IMG/VR virus record: IMGVR_UViG_3300044642_000312
Location: 1-26,755 of that record
Strand: one strand, 5' to 3'
DNA: 26,755 bases
Source of the DNA: a virus
Taxonomy: Duplodnaviria > Caudoviricetes
In this document: positions 15,681 through 24,428 of the stretch, in pieces
Numbering within the stretch: position 1 is the first letter of the stretch
How the letters are laid out: each line of letters opens with the position of its first letter
Position numbers and translations under genes: made by a program
Notes under the pieces: model-generated
What the model saw: the letters and a program-made list of their open reading frames with translations, nothing else
Told to the model about the DNA's origin: nothing
Databases searched by the model: none

Positions 15681-16283
15681 TTATTGTTGTATTTCGTACG
15701 TTCCAGCAATGTGAAAATTGTCAGCCGTGCTGAGAGTCACTGGCACTGTAGAAGTAAAAGGAGCATCGAAACTTCTGTTACCTTGAGCATCGGTGGTAAA
15801 TAAATAAAGCCTTTTTTGCCCAATTGCAACGTGGCCTGAAATGGCATATTGCCTTGAGGCGCTTATGTCGTGCAAACATCCGTCTCTAAATTGGTAAGGA
15901 TGGGAAACGTTAAATGGCAAATCTACGTAATATTCCCCAGTTCCAAAATTTGTAATGTTGTCCATGTCTACGTCAATCTGAAAGTGGCACATATTTCCCC
16001 AGCGGGTATAGCTACCCGTAAATAGTGGGGCACCATTGAAAGTTGGCTGAGTGCCAGTAGTGCCTTTTACTACGGTAAATGGGATTGAGTTGCTAGTTAG
16101 CTCCTTCAAATCAAGACGCTTAGAGTTTCTACCATCATGGGTGTGATTGCCAGGGGAAGCCTGTGAGGGCCCTAGGCCAAGTGTATGATGTTGGGCAGTA
16201 GGTCCAGCATCCCTATCCGAGTTCAAGTGAAAAAGGTTTACTTCTTCAGCAGGAACTGAGGCTCTGGGATTTAGTTGGACCAT
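15681..16283 (-). CDS. Putative tail fibre/minor tail protein
   Basis: HHTLG...PGNHTHDG motif plus beta-rich C-domain (GSYTRWGNMCHF, LPF); start moved to ATG 16283. Confidence 0.7.
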   Translation of the reverse strand: MVQLNPRASVPAEEVNLFHLNSDRDAGPTAQHHTLGLGPSQASPGNHTHDGRNSKRLDLKELTSNSIPFTVVKGTTGTQPTFNGAPLFTGSYTRWGNMCHFQIDVDMDNITNFGTGEYYVDLPFNVSHPYQFRDGCLHDISASRQYAISGHVAIGQKRLYLFTTDAQGNRSFDAPFTSTVPVTLSTADNFHIAGTYEIQQ

Positions 16284-16310
16284 AATGGTATTATAGCCGT
16301 AAGGAGACGA
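16284..16310. promoter_or_regulatory. Bidirectional promoter: overlapping TATAAT (-) and TGgTATTAT (+), plus RBS AAGGAGACGA
   Basis: Minus -10 at 16295-16290, 6 nt before ATG 16283; plus extended -10 at 16286-16294; SD at 16301. Confidence 0.65.
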
Positions 16311-16312
16311 CA

Positions 16313-16744
16313 ATGAGTAAAGCTAAATCAATTGGCACCAAAGCTGAAACAGCGGTGCGAAACTATCTACTATCTACTGGGTATAGCCCATTAGAAGCCC
16401 ACCGCAATGTCCTAAAAGGCAGTGACGATGAGGGCGATGTCTGGCTCCGTGAGACCTACGGCCTAATTGTCTTTGAGGTCAAGGGTGGCAAGATGGCTAA
16501 GGAAGCCAGCTACGAACAGTGCAAGAAATGGCTTGCCGAAGCTGAGCTTGAAAGAGACAACGCTGAAGGCAGGTTTGGCTTTTTAGTTACCCAGCGTGCA
16601 GGGGTAGGCTACCCCAGAGCTGGGGAATGGTGGGCATACGCTAGACTTGGGGATATCTTCTATCTAAGGACTCACTTGGACAGCATCGACCAAACAGTTG
16701 TGCGGATGACGCTATCTGACTTGGTAAAACTAATCCATGGCTAA
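16313..16744 (+). CDS. Holliday junction resolvase-like PD-(D/E)XK nuclease
   Basis: KSIGTKAE, DEGD, EVK motifs. Confidence 0.75.
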   Translation: MSKAKSIGTKAETAVRNYLLSTGYSPLEAHRNVLKGSDDEGDVWLRETYGLIVFEVKGGKMAKEASYEQCKKWLAEAELERDNAEGRFGFLVTQRAGVGYPRAGEWWAYARLGDIFYLRTHLDSIDQTVVRMTLSDLVKLIHG

Positions 16745-18272
16745 AGAAACCTACGACCTTCAGACGGTCCTCCTCCAACTAGGCGAAGGGCTAAATGAGG
16801 CTAGCCATGTACCTAATCTGTACGACTATACCCCGTCAGAAAAGCAGGCAATCTTCCACAAGATGCCCCAAAAGAACAGGCTTTACATTGGGGGTAACCG
16901 TTCTGGTAAATCCCTAGGCTCCACTATCGAGGCTATCTGGTGGCTAACCCACAGCCACCCATTCCGTAAGACCCCAGAAGGCCCTATCCGAGGCCGTGTG
17001 GTCGCCGTTGACTTCCTGAATGGTGTGGACAAGATTATCTTGCCTTTATATAAGCAATGGCTACCTAAGAAGTTCCTAGTAAATGGCAGCTGGGAAGACA
17101 GCTATTCTAAGGAACGCCACGTACTTACCCTGAATAATGGCAGCTTTGTAGAGTTCATGTCCCAAGACCAGGACCTAGACAAGTTCGCTGGTTCGTCCAG
17201 GCACTTTATCCATTTCGACGAGGAGTGCCCACAATCAGTATTCCGTGAGTGCCTAGCCCGATTGGTAGACACGGCAGGTGTTTGGTGGATGTCTCAGACT
17301 CCAGTCCAAGGCATGGAGTGGATTTTTGAGGATATCTACATGCCAGCCAAGGAAGGCACTAAGCCTATCGGCATTGTTGAGGCTGAAATGGCTGACAATC
17401 CTACCCTATCCCGTGAAGCTATACAAGAGTTCTTGGATATGCTGCCCGAAGAAGAGCGAATCATCCGTAGCAAGGGTCAGTATGTCCACCTTGGTGGTGC
17501 AGTATTCCCCGATTTTAACCCAGTTACCCATTGCATCCCACGTGGCACCTTCAAAGTAGGCCCAGAACACCGCATTATCAGGACTATGGACTCAGGCTAC
17601 GCCAACCCTACCGTTTGGCTGTGGATAGCGGTCTCGTCTGACGGCACAATGACCGTGTTTGACGAGCATTATCAGGCGAAGCTAAACGTTGCCGAACATG
17701 CTGAGATTGTAAACCGCAAAACTAGCCAGATTATCGCTGAATCTGGGGCTGAGCTCTACCTGACTACAGGGGACCCCGCTATTAAGCAGACCAAAGAGCA
17801 CACTGGGACCTCGATTCTGCAGGAATACCAGAAGGCTGGCATCTTCATCTCCGTGGACTCTATTCCAAGAGACAGACGCATTGGGCTTGAGAAGATTAGG
17901 CAGTATCTCAAGATGAATCCTAGGACTAGCAAGCCCTTCCTTATGGTCACAGATGACTGCCCACACCTTATTGCCGAGCTGCCTAAGCTGAAATGGAAGA
18001 AGTGGGCTAGCCCCAAGGTGGCTGAGCAAAATAATAAGCTGGAAGACATTAGAGATAAAGACAATCACTGCTATGATGCTCTTAAGTACGCTATGACCTT
18101 CATGGACGACTTGACGCCAGAGCAACTTTCAGGCAATCAGACAAGAGAAAAGTTCCACTCAGAGTTTAGGGAACATTTCGGAGCAAGCGACAAGTTCTCC
18201 GACTATGACGACCAAGATGAGTGGGGAGACCAATGGCGAGGCGTTGCCTCAGTTAGAGAGTTAGAAGGATGA
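16737..18272 (+). CDS. terL: Terminase large subunit
   Basis: Walker A GGNRSGKS, Walker B HFDEE, nuclease MDSG and DKDNHCYDALKY; upstream of portal. Confidence 0.95.
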   Translation: MAKETYDLQTVLLQLGEGLNEASHVPNLYDYTPSEKQAIFHKMPQKNRLYIGGNRSGKSLGSTIEAIWWLTHSHPFRKTPEGPIRGRVVAVDFLNGVDKIILPLYKQWLPKKFLVNGSWEDSYSKERHVLTLNNGSFVEFMSQDQDLDKFAGSSRHFIHFDEECPQSVFRECLARLVDTAGVWWMSQTPVQGMEWIFEDIYMPAKEGTKPIGIVEAEMADNPTLSREAIQEFLDMLPEEERIIRSKGQYVHLGGAVFPDFNPVTHCIPRGTFKVGPEHRIIRTMDSGYANPTVWLWIAVSSDGTMTVFDEHYQAKLNVAEHAEIVNRKTSQIIAESGAELYLTTGDPAIKQTKEHTGTSILQEYQKAGIFISVDSIPRDRRIGLEKIRQYLKMNPRTSKPFLMVTDDCPHLIAELPKLKWKKWASPKVAEQNNKLEDIRDKDNHCYDALKYAMTFMDDLTPEQLSGNQTREKFHSEFREHFGASDKFSDYDDQDEWGDQWRGVASVRELEG

Positions 18273-18757
18273 GTAAGAGACCATTCGTAGTATTTGATAA
18301 CGGCGCACCATTCCCAGGAACCTGCGTAGGGTGCCGTAGCAGCATAGTGCTACATGATTTAGGAGCAGACCTGCTAAGTGGCGGAAACGCTATGATTTGC
18401 AAGCAATGTATAACAGATTTAGCAGCATTTATTGACTGGGCTCCCGAAGCCCCACTACTGGCTAAAATAGCCGAGCTTGAGCAAGAAATTGCTTCCCGTG
18501 AAAATACCATCACCCAGATTCCAGACCACATAGAGGAGCTTATTAATGGAATTCGTAGTAGCGTCACTGATTTTATTCTCACTATTTCTGGCAGCGGTGA
18601 CAGTAGCAGCAGTGCACCTGTTCAAAGCGTTAAAGACAGCGATGCAGGAAATGGTAAAGCTGGAAAAGGAAAGAGCAGCAACGCTAAAGCACGCAATGAA
18701 CCTGCTGTCGTCAAAAGAACCGATGACGTTCCAGCAGCTCCAAACAGTGACAGTTGA
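18269..18757 (+). CDS. Zn-finger (CxxC..CxxC) plus coiled-coil protein with low-complexity tail
   Basis: ATGA overlap with terL; CVGC and CKQC. Confidence 0.7.
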   Translation: MSKRPFVVFDNGAPFPGTCVGCRSSIVLHDLGADLLSGGNAMICKQCITDLAAFIDWAPEAPLLAKIAELEQEIASRENTITQIPDHIEELINGIRSSVTDFILTISGSGDSSSSAPVQSVKDSDAGNGKAGKGKSSNAKARNEPAVVKRTDDVPAAPNSDS

Positions 18758-18887
18758 GCCAGAAACAAGGTATACTGGACCATATCTATCAGGTGACGAA
18801 ATTGAGCTCTTTGAACAACAAGAGCGAGAGATGACGGAGACCTGGAAGCGGTTAATGGACGATTCGGATTTGGACGATGGCAACTGA
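18546..18887 (+). CDS. N-terminally membrane-anchored hypothetical protein
   Basis: GAGGAG SD 18533-18538; hydrophobic FVVASLILFSLFLAAVTVAAV; overlaps portal start. Confidence 0.7.
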   Translation: MEFVVASLILFSLFLAAVTVAAVHLFKALKTAMQEMVKLEKERAATLKHAMNLLSSKEPMTFQQLQTVTVEPETRYTGPYLSGDEIELFEQQEREMTETWKRLMDDSDLDDGN

Positions 18888-21048
18888 GCAATTTTTTGAG
18901 GGCATGGACGGCAACTACCTGTCTGGCAACGCACTTGAAGGCGAAATGGCTGATAGCGAAATTATCAACCGTTTCAAGAAAAAGGAAGAAGCCAAGAAGC
19001 TAGTCGCCTGGGTCAAGTCTGAATACGAAAAGTGCAAGCAGTCCCGCAAGACCGAAGAACAAGACTGGTACCTCCAGCTATCTTTCTACAACGGCAACCA
19101 ATACCACTCTTGGCGTAGGCTAGGAAACGGTCAGGTTCTTGCCGAAGAGCCAAACCCACAGGGCTTGCCTCGTGTAACAGTAAACCGCATTGAGCCAGTT
19201 GTACGAACCGAGATTGCTAAGACAACTTCAGGCCACCCATCAGCCACTGTAGTACCTGCATCTAACGATGACGATGACCTAATGGCAGCTAGCGCAGCCG
19301 AGCAGGTTTGGCAGTCACTTTATGACCGTGAGCACTTCCAGACCCGCATTCTTCAGAAGGCTGAGTTCTGGAGAGCTACTACTGGTAACGCATTTATCAA
19401 AACTTACTGGGACCCATCTATCAAGGAGATTACTCCTACCCCAGTTGTCGACCCATACACAGGCGAGAAGAAGGTTATCCAACAGGTTTCCTCAATGGGC
19501 GACGTCAAGTTCGAGGTAGTATCACCTTTCCACCTGTTCGTACCTGACCTGTCTGAGGAAGACCTAGAATCACAGCCGTACATCTTTAACGTTTACACAA
19601 AGAGCGAAGAATGGGTGCGTTCTAACTTTGGCGATGTTCTGCCTAAGGACTTCAAGCCAGCAAAGGTTTCGACATCTGAGTTGCTTGACGCTGCTTTGAT
19701 GGACATGAGAAACGTAGACAACTCAAAGCCAGATGCAATCTTGGTTATTGAGATGTGGGCTAAGCCAAACGGTTGCCCTTACCTACCAAAGGGTGGCCTT
19801 GTCACCATCGTTGACAACGAGATTGTCCAGATGGCTGAGAATGGCATTCCTTACTCTCACAAGCAGTACCCATTTGCTCATGTTGGAACCATCCCGACTG
19901 GAAAATTCTATCGTCGTGGCACAGTAAAGACTCTTATCCCAATCCAGCGTGAGTACAACAGGCTTCGTTCTCAGATTATTCACGCTAAGAACTTGATGGC
20001 TAAGCCTCAAATGATGTTCCAAGAGGGCTCAGTGGACCCTCGCAAGATTACAGCACGTGCTGGTATCTGGGTGCCTATTCGTCCAGGCTTCCAGTACCCT
20101 ACGCCTGTACCAATCCAGCCACTACCTCAGTATGTAATCAACGAAGTCAAGCAACTTGAAATGGACTTCGAGGACCTATCAGGTCAGCACGCAGTTTCTC
20201 GTGGTGAAAGTGGCGGAGTAACCGCTGCTACTGCGATTAACTATCTACAGGAAAGAGACGACGCCTACCTAACAACCGTATTCTCTGCAATTGAAGCTGC
20301 CGTAGAAAAGATTGCAAAGCACTCTATTGCTTTGTTTATCCAGTACGTCACTCAGCCTAGATTGATAAAGACTGTTGGAAGCGACGGTGCTTTCGACGCA
20401 ACCGTTCTATCAGGTGCTGATATCGCATCAGGAAACGACATACGAGTAGAGTCAGGCTCGGCGCTTCCAACTTCAAAGTCAGCTCGCCAGGCACTTATTA
20501 CCGAGTGGATGAAGATGGGCTTTATCTCTCCACAAGATGGTCTACGCATCCTAGACATGGGAATGCTAAAGCAATACTACAACTTGCTCAAGCTAGACGA
20601 AAACCAGTCTCAGCGAGAGAACCTAATGATGAAGCGTCTAACCGACGAGGTTGTACAGCAGTTCCAGATGCAGTGGGAGATGGGCGCATCAAACGGCGAC
20701 CCAGACAAGACCGTTCCTGGGCAGACAGACGCAGAAGGCAACCCAATTGCTCTCGAAGTCCCAGCGGTTATCCCAGTCCACGACTACGACAACCACGCCG
20801 TACACATCGAAGTCCACAACAGATTCCGTAAGAGCCAGTCCTTCGAGATTCTGCCTGACATTGTAAAGGCTGAGTTCCAGAAGCACATCTCCATGCACGA
20901 AGCAGCACTACAGCAAAAGATGATGGAACAGGCTATGATGGGAATGATGGGAGAGGGAGCAGCTCCAGGACAACCAACAGCTCTACCATCCGAGCAGGCT
21001 GGGCAGATGCCTCAGCAAGCTGGACAAACATCTGAACAACTACAGTAA
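18877..21048 (+). CDS. Portal protein (P22-like, podoviral)
   Basis: 723 aa between terL and scaffold; NRIEPVV and QREYNRLRSQ helices; Gln/Met-rich C-tail. Confidence 0.88.
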   Translation: MATEQFFEGMDGNYLSGNALEGEMADSEIINRFKKKEEAKKLVAWVKSEYEKCKQSRKTEEQDWYLQLSFYNGNQYHSWRRLGNGQVLAEEPNPQGLPRVTVNRIEPVVRTEIAKTTSGHPSATVVPASNDDDDLMAASAAEQVWQSLYDREHFQTRILQKAEFWRATTGNAFIKTYWDPSIKEITPTPVVDPYTGEKKVIQQVSSMGDVKFEVVSPFHLFVPDLSEEDLESQPYIFNVYTKSEEWVRSNFGDVLPKDFKPAKVSTSELLDAALMDMRNVDNSKPDAILVIEMWAKPNGCPYLPKGGLVTIVDNEIVQMAENGIPYSHKQYPFAHVGTIPTGKFYRRGTVKTLIPIQREYNRLRSQIIHAKNLMAKPQMMFQEGSVDPRKITARAGIWVPIRPGFQYPTPVPIQPLPQYVINEVKQLEMDFEDLSGQHAVSRGESGGVTAATAINYLQERDDAYLTTVFSAIEAAVEKIAKHSIALFIQYVTQPRLIKTVGSDGAFDATVLSGADIASGNDIRVESGSALPTSKSARQALITEWMKMGFISPQDGLRILDMGMLKQYYNLLKLDENQSQRENLMMKRLTDEVVQQFQMQWEMGASNGDPDKTVPGQTDAEGNPIALEVPAVIPVHDYDNHAVHIEVHNRFRKSQSFEILPDIVKAEFQKHISMHEAALQQKMMEQAMMGMMGEGAAPGQPTALPSEQAGQMPQQAGQTSEQLQ

Positions 21049-21056
21049 GGAAAAAT

Positions 21057-21929
21057 ATGTCTGAAGAGACGCAGGTAACCCCTGACCAGACTACAGAGGC
21101 CGAGACCAACGTAGTAGAACCCGCATCATCTGGAGAGCCAGAATACAAGGCACACCCAGCTCATGAGAAACTTCTATCTGAGTTGCCAGAAGCTTGGCAC
21201 CAGAAGGTAATACCTCACCTACAAGAGCAGGACAAGTATTACCAGCAGCAAATGGAGAAGTTCACTCCGTTCAAGGAATACGTAGACCAGGGTGTATCAC
21301 CAGAGGTCATCCTTGGTGGAATCAACCTCGCCCGTGCTATTGAAACCCAGCCAACTGAGGTTTACGCATCCCTAAAAGATTACCTATTGGGCCAAGGCCT
21401 TCTTGAAGAAGACGCCAAGCAGGCTGCAAAGACCATCATGGAAGAAGAGTCTGGTGAAGACTTTGAAGACATGTTTGACGACTCTGAGATTCCGTCAGCT
21501 CTAAAGAAAGAGCTACAGGAGTTAAGAGCACTTCAGGAAGAGCAGTCCAGTTACATCCAGTCTCAGGAGCTAGAAAAAGCTACGGCTGAATACACTGTAG
21601 AGCTTGAGGCTGAAATGGGCACTCTACGTAGCCAATACAACATTACAGAAGCCCACGAAATGGCTATCTATGACTTAATGAACGCAGCTCTAAACGCTGG
21701 TCGTGAAGTTTCAGTTGCGGATGCAGCTAAGCAACTTCAGGGCATGGTTGGTACATTCCAGCGAGCTGGTGCAGTTCCAGCTGAAGGTGCCCCAATGGTT
21801 ATCGGTTCAGCTGGCGGTGCTGGTGTACAGGCTCAAAACCTTGAAGTACCTAAAGATGAAAAAGGTAAAAGAGCTATGATGGAACAACTTTTTAAGGACT
21901 ATCAGAAGGCAAATCAAGGTATACTATAG
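21057..21929 (+). CDS. Capsid scaffolding protein
   Basis: Acidic and helical; between portal and capsid; AAGGA SD. Confidence 0.75.
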   Translation: MSEETQVTPDQTTEAETNVVEPASSGEPEYKAHPAHEKLLSELPEAWHQKVIPHLQEQDKYYQQQMEKFTPFKEYVDQGVSPEVILGGINLARAIETQPTEVYASLKDYLLGQGLLEEDAKQAAKTIMEEESGEDFEDMFDDSEIPSALKKELQELRALQEEQSSYIQSQELEKATAEYTVELEAEMGTLRSQYNITEAHEMAIYDLMNAALNAGREVSVADAAKQLQGMVGTFQRAGAVPAEGAPMVIGSAGGAGVQAQNLEVPKDEKGKRAMMEQLFKDYQKANQGIL

Positions 21930-21947
21930 TCGTGGTCTCACCCGACG

Positions 21948-21956
21948 TGATACCAT
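21948..21956 (+). promoter_or_regulatory. Putative extended -10 (TGaTACCAT) of capsid promoter
   Basis: In the 117-bp intergenic region before the capsid gene. Confidence 0.5.
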
Positions 21957-22046
21957 AGATAAGTCCAACGTACAGCCCCTAAGAGGGTCAGGGCAAGTGA
22001 CGATTAGAAATTATTCGTTTAACTTATACTCTTAGGAGAGTGAAAA

Positions 22047-23276
22047 ATGGCTGGTCAAGGAATTTTGACTTTCGCATCGGAAGCTTTGAAGCTCGTTTAT
22101 GGCGACCTTCACGAGCAGCTCCGTGACAAAAACCCAGCACTGGAGTTCATTGAGGCTTCAGCGCAGAACATTACCCGCAACGGTAAAGAAGTAATCTTCG
22201 ATACTCACATCGGACGCAACCAAGGAATTGGTGCCCGTGGAGTTCGTGAGAAGCTACCTGTTGCTGGCGCTCAGAAGTACAAGCAGGCTCACCTATACCT
22301 AAAGAACCTATACGGTGCTATTGAGGTTGACGGTCAGCTTTTTGAGCAGGCAGCAGACGACTACAACGCTTTCATTAACGTTGTTGACATGGAAATCAAG
22401 GGCCTAAAGAGGGACCTTGCACGTGACCTAAACCGTCAGATTTACGGTGATGGAACTGGAAAGCTAGCAGTTGTTTCTGCTCAGCCATCTGGAACCACTC
22501 TAACCGTAGACTCAGTTGACTACCTCGAAGAGGGCATGATTATCGATGTTGTTGACCCAACAACTGGTGTAAAGCAGCAGTCAGGCGACGCATCTACAAT
22601 CGTAATCACCGCTATCAACGAAACCACCAAGGTAATTACCGTCACAGGTACCCTTGGAACATTCAGCACCAACATCAGCGCTAACGACATCATTGTTCGC
22701 TCCTCAAACGGAGTAAACAACTTTGGCAAGGAGCTAACTGGTCTAGGCAAGATTGTTAAGGCAACTGGTTCTCTACACGACATCGACCCAGCAACTACCC
22801 CAGTGTGGGCAGCTACTGAGAAGGCTCTAGGTTCAGTAGGTACCCCAGGTACACTAACTGAGTTGCAGCTTATCAACCTGGTTCAGAGTGTTGACAAGAA
22901 GGGTGGAGACGTTGACGTATTCCTCGCTTCCCCTGGTGTATACAACGCTTACTGGAACCTACTACAGGGTTTCCGTCAGTTTACAAATGGTGCTGGCCTA
23001 ACTGGTGGACAGCGCTCCTTCACCTTCGAGGCTCTAGGTAAGCCAATCCGCTTCGTGTCTGACTACGCAGCTCCAAAGGGAACATTGTACGCATTGTCCT
23101 CCAAGGAACTTGTTATCAACCGCAAGAAGGACTGGTCATGGATGGACCGTGATGGCTCTATGTGGTCACGTGTTGCAGACACTGACGCCTACGAGGCTCG
23201 CTACTACCAGTACAGTGAAATCGGTACCTACCGTCGTAACGCTCACGCTGTTTTGAGCAACATCGCTGAACTGTAA
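22047..23276 (+). CDS. Major capsid protein
   Basis: 409 aa, strong AGGAG SD, DLNRQIYGDGTG, C-terminal RRNAHAVL, followed by terminator. Confidence 0.88.
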   Translation: MAGQGILTFASEALKLVYGDLHEQLRDKNPALEFIEASAQNITRNGKEVIFDTHIGRNQGIGARGVREKLPVAGAQKYKQAHLYLKNLYGAIEVDGQLFEQAADDYNAFINVVDMEIKGLKRDLARDLNRQIYGDGTGKLAVVSAQPSGTTLTVDSVDYLEEGMIIDVVDPTTGVKQQSGDASTIVITAINETTKVITVTGTLGTFSTNISANDIIVRSSNGVNNFGKELTGLGKIVKATGSLHDIDPATTPVWAATEKALGSVGTPGTLTELQLINLVQSVDKKGGDVDVFLASPGVYNAYWNLLQGFRQFTNGAGLTGGQRSFTFEALGKPIRFVSDYAAPKGTLYALSSKELVINRKKDWSWMDRDGSMWSRVADTDAYEARYYQYSEIGTYRRNAHAVLSNIAEL

Positions 23277-23289
23277 AAAATGATAAACT

Positions 23290-23332
23290 CCCAGAGGAGT
23301 GGGTCCGTCTCACCCGCTCCTCTGGGTTTTTT
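23290..23332 (+). terminator. Intrinsic terminator after capsid gene
   Basis: 15-bp stem CCCAGAGGAGTGGGT/ACCCGCTCCTCTGGG, loop CCGTCTC, T6. Confidence 0.9.
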
Positions 23333-23346
23333 CATAGGAGGATTTA

Positions 23347-23763
23347 ATGATTAACTTTGCAAGAATTGACGGACTTTACACTGAAGAGCAGCGCCGAGTT
23401 GCTCGCATAATCAGCGACATCTTTCCAACCGTACGTTTAATTCGTATGGAACCTGGGCACCCTGCTTTTGACCCGCAGAAGCCTTACGCTCTGATAGATG
23501 AGCCAAATCTAGCTCCGCCTTATCACATCAAAAACTTAGCTGAGTCAGAAATTGATGCCAGATTAATTGCCAGCTTGGCTGAAAACAACACGCATGACCC
23601 AAATTCAAAGGTCAATAGGCTACAATTGTTAGAGATGGCTAATAGCTTGCTTAGGGCAAAAGAAGAGCAAGAGTACCTAGAAGAGCGAAAAGACATCATG
23701 AAGAGTGCAATGGCTACTAAGAAGCACGCCTGGACTCACGACGGCAAGACCATTAGGAAGTAA
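23347..23763 (+). CDS. Hypothetical (morphogenesis) protein
   Basis: AGGAGG SD; in structural operon. Confidence 0.8.
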   Translation: MINFARIDGLYTEEQRRVARIISDIFPTVRLIRMEPGHPAFDPQKPYALIDEPNLAPPYHIKNLAESEIDARLIASLAENNTHDPNSKVNRLQLLEMANSLLRAKEEQEYLEERKDIMKSAMATKKHAWTHDGKTIRK

Positions 23764-23765
23764 AA

Positions 23766-24428
23766 ATGCCAGCTGAAGAGTTTAATTACACAGGAAACGA
23801 CGTTTCTTTCAGGGTTAGGTCTCAGTTCGGAGACCAGTCTGGTGCCCAGCTAGGTGACCCAGCAATCCTTTCTTGGATTAATGACGGTCAGCGTGAAATC
23901 GTCAACAGCAACCCTATTCTTCGTGCGACTAAGATTACAAACCTAGTTGGCGGTCAGCAGGATTATAGCTTCCCAGGTGACAAGGTTCTGGCTATTGAGG
24001 CTCTCTACGTAAGTGGCTACCCTATCCAAAACATCTCCCCACAGGCAGCCCGTGAATACATTATTTCTCTTGACCCAACCAACATTCTAAACGCTGAGCG
24101 TCCAGAGGTTTGGTATGAGCGAGCTGGAGTCATCACAGTCTATCCAGTGCCATCAGTCAGCATTCCTAATGCCATCAAGCTTGAGTACGTAAAAACCCCA
24201 ACGCCACTGACCCTGTTAACTCAGACTCTCAGCATTCCAGACAGGTATTTCAACGAGCTAGTTAACTACGTAATCTCCCAGGCTCTTGAAATGGACGAAA
24301 ACTACTCCGCAGCAGCTTACAAGCTAGGTCAATTCAGGGAAGGACTAGACAGGCTAAATCTAAAAGATACTTTATCTCAGACCGATTTATACCAGCAACT
24401 GCTGCCTGACCCAGACGACTACATCTAA
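23766..24428 (+). CDS. Head-tail adaptor / tail tubular protein A-like
   Basis: WINDGQREI, YPVP, L..Y motifs; position. Confidence 0.7.
   Translation: MPAEEFNYTGNDVSFRVRSQFGDQSGAQLGDPAILSWINDGQREIVNSNPILRATKITNLVGGQQDYSFPGDKVLAIEALYVSGYPIQNISPQAAREYIISLDPTNILNAERPEVWYERAGVITVYPVPSVSIPNAIKLEYVKTPTPLTLLTQTLSIPDRYFNELVNYVISQALEMDENYSAAAYKLGQFREGLDRLNLKDTLSQTDLYQQLLPDPDDYI

Noticed and set aside
11258-16315. Invertible segment bounded by the 15-bp inverted AAGGAGACGAC(A/C)ATG copies
   Set aside because: No recombinase is present in the window, and the repeat is mostly RBS plus ATG. Kept only as a regulatory motif; mixed-orientation reads would revive the idea.
21929-22046. tRNA or known riboswitch in the largest intergenic gap
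   Set aside because: I recognised no cloverleaf, T-loop or known aptamer consensus by eye; an Rfam search is still needed.
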